From an uncultured Chloroflexia bacterium (GTDB taxonomy: Bacteria; Chloroflexota; Limnocylindria; Limnocylindrales; CSP1-4): DNA of 64,000 nt. Below, one piece after another: positions 61,487-64,000 of this stretch (position 1 is the first letter of the stretch; each line of letters begins with the position of its first letter). The notes beneath the pieces are model-generated. The model saw only the letters and a program-made list of their open reading frames with translations. It did no database searches and was not told where the DNA came from. The stretch covers positions 1,156,734 through 1,220,733 of the forward strand of contig CAVWLQ010000003.1 in the NCBI GenBank assembly GCA_963755995.1. The letters run 5' to 3'. The position numbers were made by a program, and so were the translations under genes.

Positions 61487-61906
61487 TCAGAACGCGGCGA
61501 TCCCGGTCGCCCGATCGGGATGGACCGTGAACAGGCGGTCCAGGCCCGTGCGCTGGAGGACGCGTTCCACGCCCGGCTGAGGCCCGACCAGCTGGACCTC
61601 GGTCTGGGTCGTGTCGCCCGGCCCGTCGAGACCCAGCGAATGGAGCGCGCCCCAGCCCGCCTCCGGGTCGAGCGGCGGCTCGCCGCGCATGATCCGGACG
61701 ATCGAGCTCAAGGCGACCAGGCCGGAGCTGGCGAGGTAGGTCAGGTTCGTGAGGTCGAGCAGGAGGTGGCGGCTGCCGCCGTCGTAGAGGCCGCGGACCT
61801 CGTCGACCAGTCCCTCGAAATTGGACGAATCGAGCTCTCCCTCGAGCGCCAGCACCGTCACCGGGACGGACCCCTGGACCGTTTCGACCGACGTGCGGAG
61901 CGCCAT
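61487..61906 (-). CDS. STAS domain protein (anti-sigma-factor antagonist, RsbV/SpoIIAA-like)
   Basis: GGAGGAGG RBS 5 nt before the ATG at 61906. VLALEGELDSSNFEGL...LLLDLTNLTYLASSGLVAL...GVERVLQRTGLDRLF. An insertion of about 35 aa lies within the domain. Confidence 0.8.
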   Translation of the reverse strand: MALRTSVETVQGSVPVTVLALEGELDSSNFEGLVDEVRGLYDGGSRHLLLDLTNLTYLASSGLVALSSIVRIMRGEPPLDPEAGWGALHSLGLDGPGDTTQTEVQLVGPQPGVERVLQRTGLDRLFTVHPDRATGIAAF

Positions 61907-62339
61907 CCGAACCTCCTCCTGTCCGACCCGTTGCAGGGCCCGGCTCATGGTCAGTATGTTGCCGCCACCGGGGCGCGGTCGATAGCTGAGACGATCGGTC
62001 GCCGCGCGCATGAGGTGGACCCCCATCCCGCCCGGCCGGCGCGACATGGGCGGGACGCTCAGGTCGGGCTCGGGCACGCTCGTCGGGTCGAACTGATGGT
62101 GCCTCGTCCTCGATCCTGACGACGAACTGCTCGTCCTCGAGGGCGATCCCGATCTCGAGCCAGCCGGGCCGCCCGCGGTAGCCGTGGACGATCACGTTGG
62201 TCGAGGCCTCGTCGATCGCCTGGACGAGGTCGTCGAGGCATTCGACGGTGGCGTGGACGGCTTCGGCTTCTTCGCGAACGAACCGCCGGACCTCGGCCAG
62301 GCGACCCAGGTCGGCGTCGATGCGGAGATGGTCGGACAT
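61907..62339 (-). CDS. RsbW/SpoIIAB-like anti-sigma serine kinase (HATPase_c), one frameshift near 62096, no stop before the STAS ATG as assembled
   Basis: RLAEVRRFVRE, N-box DEASTNVIVHG, then (frame switch) GGMGVHLMRAATDRLSY.P..GGGNILTM. Reads in-frame into the STAS ORF. Confidence 0.7.
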
Positions 62340-62711
62340 CCTGGACGCGTCTCCCGGTGGGGTCGAGGGTTGGTTGCGGCGCGATCGTAGCCGAACGCAC
62401 GACCGCGGCGAGGCGCCGAATGTGGGGCGGCGGCGCACCACGAACGGCCGATTGCAACGGTCCTGAAATGACATGCTCCAGTGAAGCGCGCTATCCTGCC
62501 ACCACTGTCCCCGGCGCTACGAGACGTGCGCCCGGGATGCCCACGGCAGACGGCAGCGGACCGAGGAGAGCGCGCGGTCCCGCCATCCGATCTGCCCGCC
62601 CATCGATCGGGTGTTAGGAGGCACCTCGATCGCCACTCGCCCACCCCAACGGTCCGAGCGCGCCCATGCGACGGCCGCCCGGACCACTGTGCCCAACACG
62701 TGGAGGCTTGA

Positions 62712-64000
62712 GTGAGGAAGCTCATCATCATCCTGAGCAGCCTGGCGCTGCTCCTGTCGTTGACCGGGACGGCCATGGCGGCCGGACCGCGCGACAAGAC
62801 CGCAGACTCCGTCAAGGCGCCCAAGGGCGACTCGTTCCCCGGCGCGCGCGCCGCGAAGCAGAACGCCCTCAAGGCCAAGGCGAGGGACCTCGTCCTGACC
62901 GGCAAGGCCACCGCGACCGGCAAGGACAAGAAGGTCAAGCTTGGCAAGGGCGTCTTCGTCCAGCTCGCGTTCGAGGGTGAGGACCAGATCTTCACGCTCC
63001 TCGGCGAGTTCGGTCCGAACCAGAACAACACCCATGCGGGCCACCCGCCGCACAACGGCACGCCCGGCCCGGTGCACAACCAGATCCCCCAGCCCGACCG
63101 GAACGGCGTCGACAACACGACCATCTGGACGGCCGACTTCAACCAGGCCCACTACGAGAACATGCTGTTCAACAAGTCGTACAGCCCCTCGATGGCGAAC
63201 TGGTACCTGGAGCAGTCCTCCGGCCGGTACAGCGTCGACGGCTACGTCGGTCCGTGGGTCCAGGTCCCGGACAACGAAGCGGCCTATGGCAGCAACTACT
63301 GCGGCAGCATCGTCTGCACCCGCGACGTCGGCCGGTTCCTCGCGGACCAGGGCGTCGCCTGGTACAACGCGATGGTCGCGAGCGGCAAGACCGCGGCCCA
63401 GATCGACGCGATGCTCGCGCCATTCGACGTGTGGGACCGCTACGACTTCGACCATGACGGCAACTTCGATGAGCCGGACGGCTACATCGACCACTACCAG
63501 TCCGTCCACGCCGGCGAAGGCGAGGAGACCGGTGGCGGCGCCCAGGGCACCGATGCCATCTGGAGCCACCGCTCGTACGCGAACGGTGGCGCGCAGGGCG
63601 TCGGCCCGGTGGTCGACGGTGTCGCGAACCCGGCCGCAGGCGTTCGCCTCGGCAACAGCAGCAAGTGGATCGGCGACTACACCATCGAGCCCGAGAACGG
63701 CGGGGTCGGCGTGTTCTCGCACGAGTTCGGCCATGACCTCGGCCTCCCCGACGAGTACGACACGAGCGGCAACACCGGTGGTGCGGAGAACGGCACCGGC
63801 TGGTGGACGATCATGTCGCAGGGTTCCTATGGGACCCAGAACGGCGTCGACCTCGGGTCGGCTCCGGTCCACTTCAACGCCTGGGACAAGTGGCAGCTCG
63901 GCTGGCTGAACCATGCCGATGCGGATGTCAGCACGACCGCCGCGAAGAAGGGCAAGAAGGGCAATACCTTCAACCTCGGTCCGGCCGAGTACAACTCGAC
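62712..64000 (+). CDS. M6 family (immune inhibitor A-like) secreted metalloprotease, 3' end beyond window
   Basis: TGGAGG RBS, GTG start, signal peptide VRKLIIILSSLALLLSLTGTAMA. Zinc motif HEFGHDLGLPDEYD at 63720. I verified an open frame from 62712 through the HEFGH zinc motif at about 63760 (the ORF track lists no terminating ORF in this frame before the window edge). It is absent from the ORF track because no stop occurs within the window. Confidence 0.9.
   Translation, partial: MRKLIIILSSLALLLSLTGTAMAAGPRDKTADSVKAPKGDSFPGARAAKQNALKAKARDLVLTGKATATGKDKKVKLGKGVFVQLAFEGEDQIFTLLGEFGPNQNNTHAGHPPHNGTPGPVHNQIPQPDRNGVDNTTIWTADFNQAHYENMLFNKSYSPSMANWYLEQSSGRYSVDGYVGPWVQVPDNEAAYGSNYCGSIVCTRDVGRFLADQGVAWYNAMVASGKTAAQIDAMLAPFDVWDRYDFDHDGNFDEPDGYIDHYQSVHAGEGEETGGGAQGTDAIWSHRSYANGGAQGVGPVVDGVANPAAGVRLGNSSKWIGDYTIEPENGGVGVFSHEFGHDLGLPDEYDTSGNTGGAENGTGWWTIMSQGSYGTQNGVDLGSAPVHFNAWDKWQLGWLNHADADVSTTAAKKGKKGNTFNLGPAEYNS

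Noticed and set aside
60348-62474. 708-aa ORF suggesting one large multidomain signalling protein
   Set aside because: It is a composite. The rsbW N-terminus and the PP2C domain are real, but the middle roughly 250 aa are wrong-frame sequence across the STAS gene, which is intact in another frame with its own RBS.

Overview
High-GC (~70%) bacterial chromosomal window, mostly housekeeping genes in long, translationally coupled operons. I had no database access, so calls rest on motifs read from the translations and on RNA folding by eye.

Gene content, left to right:
- gcvH (start only), gcvT, a Nudix hydrolase, a DUF2520 Rossmann protein, aconitase and a K+ channel.
- An ECF41 (SigJ-like) sigma factor with a deazaflavin-dependent (DDN-family) oxidoreductase, a secreted MBG-domain protein and a carboxylesterase.
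- tRNA-Val(CAC).
- A full division/cell-wall (dcw) cluster on the minus strand, 12.3-30.3 kb: mraZ-rsmH-65aa ORF-ftsL-ftsI-murF-mraY-murD-ftsW-murG-murB-ddl-ftsQ-sbp-ftsA-yjbQ-ftsZ-yggS-DUF167. A recognisable Pmra promoter and MraZ boxes sit upstream.
- A LysM membrane protein, RNase P RNA (rnpB), a META lipoprotein and RNase HI.
- An idh-sdhCAB operon, an ECF sigma with a PD40-propeller partner, and sucCD.
- A propionate block: mce, split methylmalonyl-CoA mutase, pccA, pccB.
- parA-parB, then a UbiA/PlsC/HAD lipid-type operon.
- A LiaF-like/PspC/GIDE/LemA envelope block, an RsbW-STAS-PP2C partner-switching module, and a 3'-truncated M6 (InhA-like) metalloprotease.

No CRISPR array, transposase, integrase or prophage signal was seen.

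Two points dominate:
1. About 25 single-base frameshifts interrupt otherwise well-conserved, often essential genes. This looks like indel error in the assembly rather than decay, and it makes many ORF-track entries fragments or chimeras.
2. An 18-20 bp palindrome (core GTCTTTGCGCAARGAC) occurs three times within 3.2 kb around pccB/parAB, once inside parB, and no canonical parS is present. Next to it lies an inverted pair of DnaA-box-like sequences. This is my best candidate for something undescribed: a non-canonical centromere, or alternatively a propionate-regulator operator.
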